A DNA stretch of 64,000 nt from an uncultured virus (IMG/VR IMGVR_UViG_3300022602_000035) (IMGVR_UViG_3300022602_000035), one strand, 5' to 3'; shown: positions 9,295 to 18,650, counted from the stretch's first letter. Notes: generated by a model not told the origin, from the sequence alone. Program-made: numbers and translations.

Positions 9295-10391
9295 GTAAAG
9301 AACAATACAATTTAAAAACTAAAACAGACTATCTACATCGCAAGATGTTCCTTGATCCAGCAGGTCCTGTAACTATTCAACGCTTTGAAGAAGTTAAGTA
9401 TAACAAGATTGCTAACTTTGAAGCAACGGCTAGGGGGTTCTTTTGGCAACCAGAAGAAGTTAGTCTAACCAAAGATGCTAACGATTTTAAAGATGCATCA
9501 GATGCAGTCAAACATATTTTTACCAGCAACTTACTACGTCAAACAGCCTTAGATAGTCTACAAGGCCGCGCACCTAATCAAGTGTTTGGCCCTGTGGTGA
9601 GTATTCCAGAACTAGAAGCACTGATCAGTAACTGGAGTTTCTTTGAAACTAATATTCATAGTAAGAGCTATAGTCATATTATTCGCAATATCTACAATGT
9701 ACCTAAAGACGTGTTTAATACTATTCACGACACTGAAGAAATTGTAGGTATGGCCAGTACAATTGGCAACTATTATGATGCTTTACATGCTATTAACTGC
9801 CGTAAAGAAATGGGAGAAACAGTTAGTGAAACAGAACATATTAAAGCTATCTGGTTAGCTCTACATGCAAGTTATGGCCTAGAAGCATTCCGCTTTATGG
9901 TATCATTTGCTACAAGCCTTGCTATGGTTGAAAACAAGATCTTTATTGGTAATGGTAACATTATCAGCTTGATCCTACAAGACGAACTACTACACAAAGA
10001 GTGGACAGCGTTCTTAATCAACCAAGTAGTAAAAGAAGATCCACGTTTTGCCGCAATCAAAGCAGAATGTGAAGATGAAGTATATCAGATGTACTTGTCA
10101 GTTATCAAGGAAGAGAAAGATTGGGCCGATTATCTGTTCAAAATGGGTCCAGTTATTGGCTTAAACGCTAATATTTTAAAAGATTTTGTTGATTATACAG
10201 CCGTTGATGCGCTAAAACAAATCGGTATTAGATATCAAAGCCCAGCACCAAAGACTACACCAATTCCTTGGTTCAACAAACACAGCGATACCAGCAAGAA
10301 ACAAACAGCACTACAAGAATCAGAGTCAACCAACTACGTCATTGGTGTAATGGGCGATAGCATTGACTACGATCAATTACCGAGTTTATAA
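9291..10391 (+). CDS. nrdB: ribonucleoside-diphosphate reductase class Ia beta subunit
   Basis: FFWQPEEV, RQTALDSLQGR, ETNIHSKSY, LEAFRF, DELLH, QESESTNY. Confidence 0.96.
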   Translation: MSKEQYNLKTKTDYLHRKMFLDPAGPVTIQRFEEVKYNKIANFEATARGFFWQPEEVSLTKDANDFKDASDAVKHIFTSNLLRQTALDSLQGRAPNQVFGPVVSIPELEALISNWSFFETNIHSKSYSHIIRNIYNVPKDVFNTIHDTEEIVGMASTIGNYYDALHAINCRKEMGETVSETEHIKAIWLALHASYGLEAFRFMVSFATSLAMVENKIFIGNGNIISLILQDELLHKEWTAFLINQVVKEDPRFAAIKAECEDEVYQMYLSVIKEEKDWADYLFKMGPVIGLNANILKDFVDYTAVDALKQIGIRYQSPAPKTTPIPWFNKHSDTSKKQTALQESESTNYVIGVMGDSIDYDQLPSL

Positions 10392-10401
10392 GAGAGAAAA
10401 G

Positions 10402-10659
10402 ATGTTAACAGTATATTCAAAAAACAATTGTCCCTTTTGCGATAAAGCAAAACACTACCTAAAGACTAATGGGTTCGAGTATGAAGAAATTAAAATCGAT
10501 GAGAACCCAGAAGCACGTGAATGGTTGATCAATGAAGGTCACCGCACAGCACCACAGATCTACAACAATGGTAAATTGTTAGTAGAAGGTGGTTACCAAG
10601 GTTTAGCTAAATTAAATGCTGAACAAATTCAAGAACGCATAGGAGCAACAAATGCTTAA
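10402..10659 (+). CDS. glutaredoxin
   Basis: VYSKNNCPFC, TAPQIY, GGY; start probably MLTVYS. Confidence 0.9.
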   Translation: MLTVYSKNNCPFCDKAKHYLKTNGFEYEEIKIDENPEAREWLINEGHRTAPQIYNNGKLLVEGGYQGLAKLNAEQIQERIGATNA

Positions 10660-10963
10660 AGAGAACGGATATAGTAAAGATACAATTGTAAGTTTCAAAT
10701 TAGTCAACGGTGACGAAATCGTTGCTAAAATTTTAGAAGAGGATGCCAGCGGGTTTACGGTTAGCAAGCCATGTACAGTTATGCCTAGTCAACAGGGTAT
10801 AGGTCTACTGCAAAGCCTGTTCACAAGTGACTTAAATAAGAGTATACGTCTAGAAAAAAATCATGTAATGATGCATGCTCCGACAATTATAGACATGAAA
10901 AATCATTACATCACAACAACTACTGGCATTGAACCAGTAGACGCTGGCGGTATTATAACCTAA
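10652..10963 (+). CDS. hypothetical protein, Sm/LSm-like fold family of T4-like phages
   Basis: SFKLVNGDEIVAKI N-terminal pattern and Y...TTGI C-terminus. Confidence 0.5.
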   Translation: MLKENGYSKDTIVSFKLVNGDEIVAKILEEDASGFTVSKPCTVMPSQQGIGLLQSLFTSDLNKSIRLEKNHVMMHAPTIIDMKNHYITTTTGIEPVDAGGIIT

Positions 10964-10977
10964 GGTAAACAAGTAAC

Positions 10978-12411
10978 ATGTCAGAACATGATATATCGTT
11001 AGTAACATCACAAGCAGGATCTGTAATTGCCGAAGGGCAAAAGGTCAGCTTAGGTGTAGCCAGCGGCGGAATTACACCTAGCACAATTACTGCTATGATC
11101 GGTATTGCCAGTGGTGCGGCTCTGCAGTTTGCACCAAGTGTTACTAATGCTATGAGTGTATTGTCGACACATGCTGGTTATAACTCTAACAGTGCAGGAT
11201 ATATTCCCGGTGTATCGGGCCCGACAGGCACTGCCGCAACTGCACTGTCTAGTTTAACTACATTACAAAACCAAATAATGCCTTCTGGCAATCATGGCGC
11301 ATTTGGACAGATTTTAAATCAAGCACACAGTCATATTGGTGATGCTAAAGAAATACAATCATCTACAAGTTTCATGCAGAATACCAGCTATGCTGAATGT
11401 GGCGCAGGTATTACTAATATGAGTACCATGGCCACACAGGGCCTAGATGGTAGCCTGGGTAGCTTATCTGGCGCCGCAGGTGCATTCACAGCCGCTGGTC
11501 CTGTATTTGACCTTAAAGACATGAGCAACTTTGGCACAGGTACTGGTTTAATTAACAAGTTATCCAGTGTTAAATTAGGCAATGCTTCTGGAGTTAATGC
11601 GGCATTGGTACAAAATGGTGTTGATCTAAACCGTTTAAATGATCCTAATTACAGTGATACTATTACCAAGACTCTAAGTTCAATTAATGACCCTACAGTT
11701 ATTGCCACAGTAAAAGATCAATTAGGAATTAATCCTCCTGGAAATATCACGAACCTAAATGATCTAACAGATATTACTAAATTAGCCACACCTAATCAAA
11801 TCAGCGGATTAACTGGTGGCCTAAGTGGAATGTCTGATAAATTCAGCGATATGGGTGCTAAATTTACCAGTCCAGCAGATGCTGCTAACATGCTAAACAA
11901 CATAGAAATTCCTAATGTTCCTAGCTTAAATGCCGCCGCACCTGACCTATCAGCACATATAGGTAGTTTAACTTCTAGCATACAATCATTAACAGGTGTA
12001 GGTCACGGAGTATCTGGATTAAACGGAGCCAATGGACTACCTAGCATGACTGATTTTACACATGTAGTCAGTGGTGGGCCTGAGATTGCTAATATAACAT
12101 CGGCGGGAAGTTTAAATGCCAGCCAAGTTAGTGCGTTAAGTGATTCTATTACTAAATCACAGGGACTTATGTCTGCGGCAGGTATTGATCTAACTTCGGT
12201 TCCTGCACCTAGTCTGAGTACAAATATGACCTTTGCTACTAACCTACATAAATTTGGTGCAGATGCTACAGGATCTGGTGTAGCTGATGTGCTTAAAGGA
12301 ATGGCTGTGCCTGGTAGTTCATTTGGTGATAGTATTGTAAATAGTCTAGCCGAAGGTAAGAATATCGCATTAATGAAAACACAAGGTATTAGTCCAATAA
12401 AATTTGGATAA
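10978..12411 (+). CDS. hypothetical Gly/Ser/Ala-rich protein, probably virion-associated
   Basis: 477-aa low-complexity ORF. Confidence 0.55.
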   Translation: MSEHDISLVTSQAGSVIAEGQKVSLGVASGGITPSTITAMIGIASGAALQFAPSVTNAMSVLSTHAGYNSNSAGYIPGVSGPTGTAATALSSLTTLQNQIMPSGNHGAFGQILNQAHSHIGDAKEIQSSTSFMQNTSYAECGAGITNMSTMATQGLDGSLGSLSGAAGAFTAAGPVFDLKDMSNFGTGTGLINKLSSVKLGNASGVNAALVQNGVDLNRLNDPNYSDTITKTLSSINDPTVIATVKDQLGINPPGNITNLNDLTDITKLATPNQISGLTGGLSGMSDKFSDMGAKFTSPADAANMLNNIEIPNVPSLNAAAPDLSAHIGSLTSSIQSLTGVGHGVSGLNGANGLPSMTDFTHVVSGGPEIANITSAGSLNASQVSALSDSITKSQGLMSAAGIDLTSVPAPSLSTNMTFATNLHKFGADATGSGVADVLKGMAVPGSSFGDSIVNSLAEGKNIALMKTQGISPIKFG

Positions 12412-12412
12412 C

Positions 12413-13069
12413 ATGTTAACTGACCCAATTAATGAGTACTATAAAATAACCAATTGGTTAAGTACATTAATTGGTTCAAATATAACTCCAACAAAACTGG
12501 TCAAGCGACTACGTAAATTTCTTAAACAATCACATCCAGTTAAAATTTCATTAGAATATAACACAGTATTAGACTTTGACGATTTTGCTATATCAGCAGA
12601 GTATGATGTATGGAGAGATGAAGATGGCAAAAAGCCAATAGCACTTTCGATATACATTAATCATCTATTGGATGAACCATGGACTATTACCGAAGATATA
12701 GTGAATGCATTATCTTTGGATATTGTTGAAGCATTGGCCCACGAATACCAACATCTATACCAGTATCGCATACGCAATTACATGTTAAACGAACCATTTT
12801 TTAGTACAGTAGAGGATCAAGAACTCAAGGAAGAACAAGAATATCTAGGTCAACTAGATGAAATAGATGCCTATGCTGCTAACATAGCTGTGAGAATGTA
12901 TATTAAAAACCACCCAATGCCGGGAACTAACTGCAGTTTGGATCTAAACAAATATCGCACAGCATTTGGTAACAATCATTGGGTGGTGCGTAGATTACTT
13001 AAGAAGATTAGTAAACGTCTTCTTGAACTTCGTGACCTAGATAGTCAGCGTACCTTAATAAAAACATAG
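12413..13069 (+). CDS. hypothetical protein with HExxH zinc-metallopeptidase motif
   Basis: LAHEYQH...EIDAYA; start probably ATG 12413. Confidence 0.55.
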   Translation: MLTDPINEYYKITNWLSTLIGSNITPTKLVKRLRKFLKQSHPVKISLEYNTVLDFDDFAISAEYDVWRDEDGKKPIALSIYINHLLDEPWTITEDIVNALSLDIVEALAHEYQHLYQYRIRNYMLNEPFFSTVEDQELKEEQEYLGQLDEIDAYAANIAVRMYIKNHPMPGTNCSLDLNKYRTAFGNNHWVVRRLLKKISKRLLELRDLDSQRTLIKT

Positions 13070-13289
13070 TCTGTAGTTGCTCGTCCCAAAAGTCTAGTCG
13101 AATGTCAGTGAACCTATCCATAAATCCGTTATTGTCACTGTCACCATACCAAGTATGTTCTCGCACACTAAAACCTAGATTAGCCTTTAATCGCCAACTG
13201 ACCAACAAAGTAGTACGTCCGTAGTCCTCTATAATCTTTTCCTGCAACTTGTGCCAGGAATTCATTGATAGTGTAAGTGTTTTAGCCAT
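13008..13289 (-). CDS. short paralog-array protein
   Basis: TAATG-coupled start at 13289; DFWDEQLQTMFLLRYA motif. Confidence 0.65.
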   Translation of the reverse strand: MAKTLTLSMNSWHKLQEKIIEDYGRTTLLVSWRLKANLGFSVREHTWYGDSDNNGFMDRFTDIRLDFWDEQLQTMFLLRYADYLGHEVQEDVY

Positions 13290-13510
13290 TAAGACCACCT
13301 CAAACAAAAAATAGTATAATCTTCTTCTTTATCAAATGCCACGCCTAGGTGTATATAAAACTCATCCACGTGCCATCTACACACAGTGACACTACTATCC
13401 ATGGCCATCAACCAACCTGGTAGTTCGCCGGCAACAAAATATCCATTATCTCGTTGGAAATGACCTTCGATGCTGTCTAGTAATTCACCGTTGATTATTG
13501 CTTTTTTCAT
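13289..13510 (-). CDS. short paralog-array protein
   Basis: C-term FDKEEDYTIFCLRWS. Confidence 0.7.
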   Translation of the reverse strand: MKKAIINGELLDSIEGHFQRDNGYFVAGELPGWLMAMDSSVTVCRWHVDEFYIHLGVAFDKEEDYTIFCLRWS

Positions 13511-13794
13511 TGGAATTTTAACGTAAACATTAAAAACTTATGTTCATCTACTACTTTGTATCCATTGATACCAATCATACCGCCACCACCATGGTTAAAT
13601 TGAAGTTCTACACCATACTCATCTTTTAACCAAGCATAGAACTTATTGTTATCGTTGTCATTGGGTACTAAGGTCTGCCAATAATGATTACTCTTTAATA
13701 AAAATTTATGAAGACGATATAAGTCAGCATCTGGATCAAACGCAGTATTAGCACGAGCTTCTGGTGTACTGTATAAATCATTTTGTGAAGACAT
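13507..13794 (-). CDS. short paralog-array protein
   Basis: Start probably MSSQND (GAAGGGG upstream); C-term VDEHKFLMFTLKFQ. Confidence 0.65.
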   Translation of the reverse strand: MSSQNDLYSTPEARANTAFDPDADLYRLHKFLLKSNHYWQTLVPNDNDNNKFYAWLKDEYGVELQFNHGGGGMIGINGYKVVDEHKFLMFTLKFQ

Positions 13795-14920
13795 AAACCC
13801 CTTCCCATTTTTCACGCCCAGCAACTTTATCATTGCCTACACCTGGGCGAGTGTTTAGCATCATCTTGATAGTCTGCTTGTGTTTAAATCCTAGTTTTGC
13901 AGCAGTCTCAATCCAACGGTCGACTACTTTAAATTCTTTGTTACCATATGATTTATAGTCAGCGATGTTAGTGGCAAACACACCATCTGCATTTAAACCC
14001 TTGTGAATATTTGCCATAGTAGGCACAACATATCCTTCGAACCATTCATCAAGTGTAGTAAATTGATTCATACACTGTGTGGGTTCATCACTGTACTTTT
14101 CTAAGTTAAAGTACGGTGGACTACTAAATGCTAGATCCACGTCCTCAGGAACAAATACTTCACTGACATTCTTATGTAATGTACCTCGACGACCGAGACT
14201 ATCATATATACAGTCATTTAAGTAGTGTAGATATTCTATGGTTTCTGTGTTAGGATCCACCGCAGTATAGTTATAACTCATTGTACTGCCGCTGATGCCT
14301 AAGAGCCTTCCGCCGTAGCCAGCACTGTAATCATAAACATTACCCCATAGAACAGGACATAGGTACTCAGCAATAGCACAAGCATTCTGTGGTTTAAAAT
14401 TCTGGATATTTTCTCCGGTAACCAATTCCAACGCTCGTCTGAGTGCTGTAGGGCTAACAAGATTATCGCCAGTCCTAAACTCAAAGCAAATGCGTATGGC
14501 GCGACGCAACTTAGTATCATCATTGAAACGATCCTTTAAACTATTGCTGCCACGACCCTTAGGTTCGGCAGTCATCATATTTGGAAAACAAAAACGGTTA
14601 ATGCTTTGCCCTTGATTGTTGCCAAGTCCTATTACACCATTCTTAACTTCATTGTAATTACTTAAACTTAGATTACGAATAGCAGAGTATAATCCCTGTT
14701 CGGTATAATAGTTAATTGGTACAATATTAATTGAACGGTAGATATTAAACACCTCTTCGATAACCTGTTCTGGTGCTTGATCGTACCGCTCTTTAGTATA
14801 GTCTGCTAATTGGTCTGCTACACCTTCGTAGCAGGTAAACATATCCGTGCCCTGTAGTAGTGCATGGGTATGATAATTGTCTGTACCCCAAGTTTTGTGT
14901 AAATCTGCTATACCTATCAT
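13778..14920 (-). CDS. amino-type (N4-C/N6-A) DNA methyltransferase
   Basis: SAM motif YDYSAGYGGRLLG and catalytic FSSPPY; own TTGACT-17-TATAAT promoter upstream. Confidence 0.75.
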   Translation of the reverse strand: MIGIADLHKTWGTDNYHTHALLQGTDMFTCYEGVADQLADYTKERYDQAPEQVIEEVFNIYRSINIVPINYYTEQGLYSAIRNLSLSNYNEVKNGVIGLGNNQGQSINRFCFPNMMTAEPKGRGSNSLKDRFNDDTKLRRAIRICFEFRTGDNLVSPTALRRALELVTGENIQNFKPQNACAIAEYLCPVLWGNVYDYSAGYGGRLLGISGSTMSYNYTAVDPNTETIEYLHYLNDCIYDSLGRRGTLHKNVSEVFVPEDVDLAFSSPPYFNLEKYSDEPTQCMNQFTTLDEWFEGYVVPTMANIHKGLNADGVFATNIADYKSYGNKEFKVVDRWIETAAKLGFKHKQTIKMMLNTRPGVGNDKVAGREKWEGVYVFTK

Positions 14921-14950
14921 TACTAATTGTATTCCTATGGCTATTATACT

Positions 14951-15148
14951 TTAAATTAACTCAAAAGTCAAGTCAAAAAACAATTCAGCTTGGCGATTGA
15001 TAATTATGTGCATGTTATTAATTTCGTATGCACCAGGACAGTGAGTATTAAGCCAGTCGATTAACTTTTTATATTCAACTGAATCAACATCTTCTGCTAG
15101 AGCATATATACAAGCTCTAGGGCTCTGGGAAATTTTTTTAAATTTCAT
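14951..15148 (-). CDS. short paralog-array protein (divergent)
   Basis: LIDWLNTHC; C-term INRQAELFFDLTF. Confidence 0.55.
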   Translation of the reverse strand: MKFKKISQSPRACIYALAEDVDSVEYKKLIDWLNTHCPGAYEINNMHIIINRQAELFFDLTFELI

Positions 15149-15483
15149 TCTGCAAACCTTAGGACTAATAGGGTGAACAATTTGTCAGTGATGTTGATTT
15201 GTTTCTCAAACTTCCACCAGTCTGGATCAGCAACACCGTATTGACTGTGTTCTGTGTCTAACCATCCACGTACTTCATTATCGGCAGCTATACGATGCAT
15301 CTTGCGACCTCTACGATCAGTCCAGGATTTGTGTATACGATATTTGTATAAAGACCAAATCTCCTCCATGACCATACGGTCAATACTACGTTGCATCAAC
15401 TGTGATTGGTGTTGTAGTATCTGATCTGCTAAACTTAATGTTGATTTACCCACGTGCCTTCCCTTGGCTATGACTCTACGCAT
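15145..15483 (-). CDS. short paralog-array protein
   Basis: VRGWLDT; C-term TDKLFTLLVLRFAE. Confidence 0.6.
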   Translation of the reverse strand: MRRVIAKGRHVGKSTLSLADQILQHQSQLMQRSIDRMVMEEIWSLYKYRIHKSWTDRRGRKMHRIAADNEVRGWLDTEHSQYGVADPDWWKFEKQINITDKLFTLLVLRFAE

Positions 15484-15793
15484 ACTTTAATGTTACCATC
15501 ATTGCGTGTTGATGATCTTCAATTAAAAACTCATTACGACTACATTTAAACTTAGCGTTTTGTGACTTGAGATAATAGATAACTGTGACATCTTTGTGCA
15601 TAGGATTGATAGTAACATGATGCCACCCTTCTCTGGTGCGCATGTCACGTTCCATATACCAATTCCACGGCTGAGTGTCCCAATCAGTCCAATCATTTTG
15701 ATGCATAGAAAAAACATAGTCTTCCCATTCATTTGACCATATGTCTTCTTCGTGTAGTCGATCTAAGGCAACGTTTTTAGGTATTTTACTCAC
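15476..15793 (-). CDS. short paralog-array protein
   Basis: GTGA-coupled GTG start; C-term IEDHQHAMMVTLKYA. Confidence 0.65.
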   Translation of the reverse strand: MSKIPKNVALDRLHEEDIWSNEWEDYVFSMHQNDWTDWDTQPWNWYMERDMRTREGWHHVTINPMHKDVTVIYYLKSQNAKFKCSRNEFLIEDHQHAMMVTLKYA

Positions 15794-16008
15794 GCCCACC
15801 TCAACATAAACATAGTGTAATCTTGGTCACTAGGGAATATTACACAATAACTCTCTACATCAGCTTTAAGTTGGCCAAATTTAACATTATACTCTAGTTC
15901 AAATTCATCTTGCCAAATTTCATACCTACGCTTTTCTGCGTCCATAACCACAGCCGCACGATGTATTATTCTAAAAGGAACAAATTGAACACATCTATGA
16001 TCTGTCAT
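15790..16008 (-). CDS. short paralog-array protein
   Basis: ATGA-coupled start; C-term FPSDQDYTMFMLRWA. Confidence 0.7.
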   Translation of the reverse strand: MTDHRCVQFVPFRIIHRAAVVMDAEKRRYEIWQDEFELEYNVKFGQLKADVESYCVIFPSDQDYTMFMLRWA

Positions 16009-16241
16009 GCCCACCTCATAATAAATGCAGTAACATCTTCTTCACGTTCTAATACTACGGTCATGCCTTCTTGATGCATACGACCCCTAGGTAGATTGAT
16101 ATCCATCCACGCATATATGGCCTTTTCATTCTTCATCCAATGGCTAATATCAGCAATGACAATATAATGATAAGGCATTTCTTGATCAAACGGACCGCTT
16201 ACTATGAACTTACGTCCGTTGGCACCATCTAATATGCTCAT
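16005..16241 (-). CDS. short paralog-array protein
   Basis: IYAWMDIN; C-term LEREEDVTAFIMRWA. Confidence 0.7.
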   Translation of the reverse strand: MSILDGANGRKFIVSGPFDQEMPYHYIVIADISHWMKNEKAIYAWMDINLPRGRMHQEGMTVVLEREEDVTAFIMRWA

Positions 16242-16960
16242 TAGTTCTTAATAGCCACAAAATTATCTGTTGAAATTGCTGTGATAGTATATCCTAGGTT
16301 AGTGATGTAATTTTTTAACAGTTGATCACGTTCTGCCCACCAAGGACGACTATTAGCAGGCCAAGACTCAAACACAATTGGCGGATAGTTGTTGTTTTCG
16401 ATGGTGGTTTTAGCACCCTCTAATACTGCTAACTCCAATCCTTCTACGTCAATTTTAATTAAACGTACATCAGATAAGTTTAAACTGTCAACAGTAATTA
16501 ACTGTATAGACTCTTCCTTACCACCATGTCTATGATCATGTTCTGCAACCATTGGGTCTAGACTCCACCCACCATAGTTGTTGTCAACTGCATAATCAGG
16601 GACGTTGATAGTAATGGTGGAGTTAGTATCACCTACTGCTAGATTAAGACAACGAACGTTTTCTAATCTATTTAAAAACACATTAGTGCATAATTGGTAA
16701 TAGATAATTGGTTGTGGTTCAAATGAAATAAACTTATGTGCGGGCAATGATTTAGCCATTGGCACTACAAATGTACCTAGGTTAGATCCAATGTCTAATA
16801 CTGTACCTGCACTAACTCCAGTTAATATTTCCTGACAACGCTGTGTAACATCCGGTTCAAACGAACCTGTAGTAGCAACAGCACCTGTAATAATATCTGA
16901 ATTTTTAAACAATGCCCATGATAAATCTTTAAAATCTACTATTTGTACTTCTGGTAACAT
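16241..16960 (-). CDS. FkbM-family SAM methyltransferase
   Basis: VLDIGSNLG, SFEPQP, LIKIDVEGLELAVLEGA. Confidence 0.88.
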   Translation of the reverse strand: MLPEVQIVDFKDLSWALFKNSDIITGAVATTGSFEPDVTQRCQEILTGVSAGTVLDIGSNLGTFVVPMAKSLPAHKFISFEPQPIIYYQLCTNVFLNRLENVRCLNLAVGDTNSTITINVPDYAVDNNYGGWSLDPMVAEHDHRHGGKEESIQLITVDSLNLSDVRLIKIDVEGLELAVLEGAKTTIENNNYPPIVFESWPANSRPWWAERDQLLKNYITNLGYTITAISTDNFVAIKN

Positions 16961-16973
16961 AACTTCTCCTTGG

Positions 16974-17189
16974 TTAACTCCACTTTAAATAAAACATTAA
17001 AAAATCATTTTCACTAGAAAACTCTAACTCATCCCAATTGCCCCAGTTGCTTTGAATAATCTTAACATTGTGTAGTTGCTCAAAGGCATCTTTATGTTTG
17101 TGTCGTTCTAACCCAAAACCACCGTTGGCAATTACTGCTTGATTGGCATTATGAAACGCTAAGAGTATTTTGTGTATTGGAACTTTCAT
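16974..17189 (-). CDS. short paralog-array protein
   Basis: ATGA-coupled start; C-term FSSENDFLMFYLKWS. Confidence 0.7.
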   Translation of the reverse strand: MKVPIHKILLAFHNANQAVIANGGFGLERHKHKDAFEQLHNVKIIQSNWGNWDELEFSSENDFLMFYLKWS

Positions 17190-17419
17190 GCCCACCTCAA
17201 CTTTGCTAATGTAGCATGTTCTTCTTTTAAACAGAGGAAATGGTATTCATACTTACCATTGACCATATATTCCATACCTTCGTAGAGTGTATCAATCCCG
17301 TGAGCCTGTAACCAAGCATCAACTTCGTCCCTAAACGCAACCGCCGTTAGATACCCAAAGTAGTCACCACGAGCTGTAACTTTAACATAATGACTTGTTC
17401 CGTTGTAATAGTATGCCAT
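17186..17419 (-). CDS. short paralog-array protein
   Basis: TAATG-coupled start; VDAWLQAH; C-term LKEEHATLAKLRWA. Confidence 0.7.
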   Translation of the reverse strand: MAYYYNGTSHYVKVTARGDYFGYLTAVAFRDEVDAWLQAHGIDTLYEGMEYMVNGKYEYHFLCLKEEHATLAKLRWA

Positions 17420-17697
17420 TACGACCACCTCAAGGTAAATGCAGTAGCATCCTTGGCATATTTAAAGTGAAAATTATAATATCCAAACCAACTAAACGCA
17501 TACCAAACATCTTGCCCATCTAACCAATGATGCCCGGGTTCTGGTCTACCTGGTCCTAGTGTATGCTCGCACCATTTGGTCATATTGTGGAAGCGCCACG
17601 TGTTATCACCTTCAACTTTAGGTATGCGAACAGCCTGCCACCCTTGATTGAGTAGCTGATGTTCTGCCTGATGTCGTTCTGCTGGAGCTGCTCTCAT
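17419..17697 (-). CDS. short paralog-array protein
   Basis: MTKWCEHTLG; C-term FKYAKDATAFTLRWS. Confidence 0.7.
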   Translation of the reverse strand: MRAAPAERHQAEHQLLNQGWQAVRIPKVEGDNTWRFHNMTKWCEHTLGPGRPEPGHHWLDGQDVWYAFSWFGYYNFHFKYAKDATAFTLRWS

Positions 17698-17981
17698 GAA
17701 TATCTCATTAAAAATGCTGTCAGGTCTTTAGGAGTACCAAAGCGTATAAAATGTCGTTTGATATGTCCAGCCTTGGCCTGATTAAATTTGTACACTGCAT
17801 TATAGTCAACCAGTGCTGATTTAATTCTAGCATACAATTCATCATTATCGATGACCTCAGACCATTCATCTTCATTAACTAATGCATCGACAAATTTATT
17901 AAAAATACGCTGTGCTTCTGGACTTGATTTCATATCCAAGTACACTGATCCTTCTTCGCTACCGTAACTAATCCCTATCAA
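17694..17981 (-). CDS. short paralog-array protein
   Basis: C-term FGTPKDLTAFLMRYS. Confidence 0.7.
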   Translation of the reverse strand: MIGISYGSEEGSVYLDMKSSPEAQRIFNKFVDALVNEDEWSEVIDNDELYARIKSALVDYNAVYKFNQAKAGHIKRHFIRFGTPKDLTAFLMRYS

Positions 17982-18286
17982 TTTGACACCAATAAGATCA
18001 TGGTTACATCTGTTTCTTCGCGTAGATAAATTTGCCTAAAGTATTTGTTTTTAGGTATAACAACACGCCAATTGGTGTTCCATTTGCGATAATGATGTGC
18101 ATTGCCATTCCAAACTTCACGCTCAGGGCCATAGGCATTTTCACACCATTGTATCGCGGCTCTATACGGGATATAACCATCATAACGTGTATCAAAACTA
18201 ATACGATATTTAAATCCGCGGTTATAGAACTTGAAACGACCATCAAGTTTAGTAATCGTAGGCGTCTTGTAGGGTATTATTGCCAT
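17978..18286 (-). CDS. short paralog-array protein
   Basis: AIQWCENAYGP; C-term YLREETDVTMILL. Confidence 0.65.
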   Translation of the reverse strand: MAIIPYKTPTITKLDGRFKFYNRGFKYRISFDTRYDGYIPYRAAIQWCENAYGPEREVWNGNAHHYRKWNTNWRVVIPKNKYFRQIYLREETDVTMILLVSN

Positions 18287-18513
18287 TATTCGTGCTTCAA
18301 ATAGAAATACGTTATATATTCTTCTGCTTCTTGTAGCCTACGCAGATCCCAATGCCAGGTGTCGTAGCTCATACGGCGCACACCTTGTCGATTATCGAGT
18401 TCTGCAACCATATCATTAATTGCGGCAGTCCAATTAAGAGCATTTTCAACAGTATCAGTGTGCTCAACACTCATTTCTAAGTGTCCGCCGACTTGTTCTA
18501 ATAGAATCTTCAT
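18286..18513 (-). CDS. first gene of the paralog array (leaderless)
   Basis: C-term EAEEYITYFYLKHE; ATG 6 nt after TATAAT. Confidence 0.65.
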   Translation of the reverse strand: MKILLEQVGGHLEMSVEHTDTVENALNWTAAINDMVAELDNRQGVRRMSYDTWHWDLRRLQEAEEYITYFYLKHE

Positions 18514-18519
18514 GTTACT

Positions 18520-18548
18520 ATTATATAGTCACTCAGTAGAAAAGTCAA
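18520..18548 (-). promoter_or_regulatory. sigma70-type promoter driving the paralog array
   Basis: Minus strand TTGACT-17 nt-TATAAT. Confidence 0.75.
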
Positions 18549-18650
18549 GGAATATTATTTTGGTTAATATTTTGGTAAACCTAATCATTGATTTTTATTT
18601 TTAATAGCTATATATTACAACAGTCTTAAATAAATTCGAAAGGAAAGACA

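Noticed and set aside
6304..10391. Introns or inteins in nrdA/nrdB
   Set aside because: Both ORFs are continuous and of normal length (771 and 366 aa)
13008..18513. Integron cassette array or DGR
   Set aside because: No attC-like palindromes or spacing between ORFs, no integrase or reverse transcriptase, and no TR/VR nucleotide pair seen
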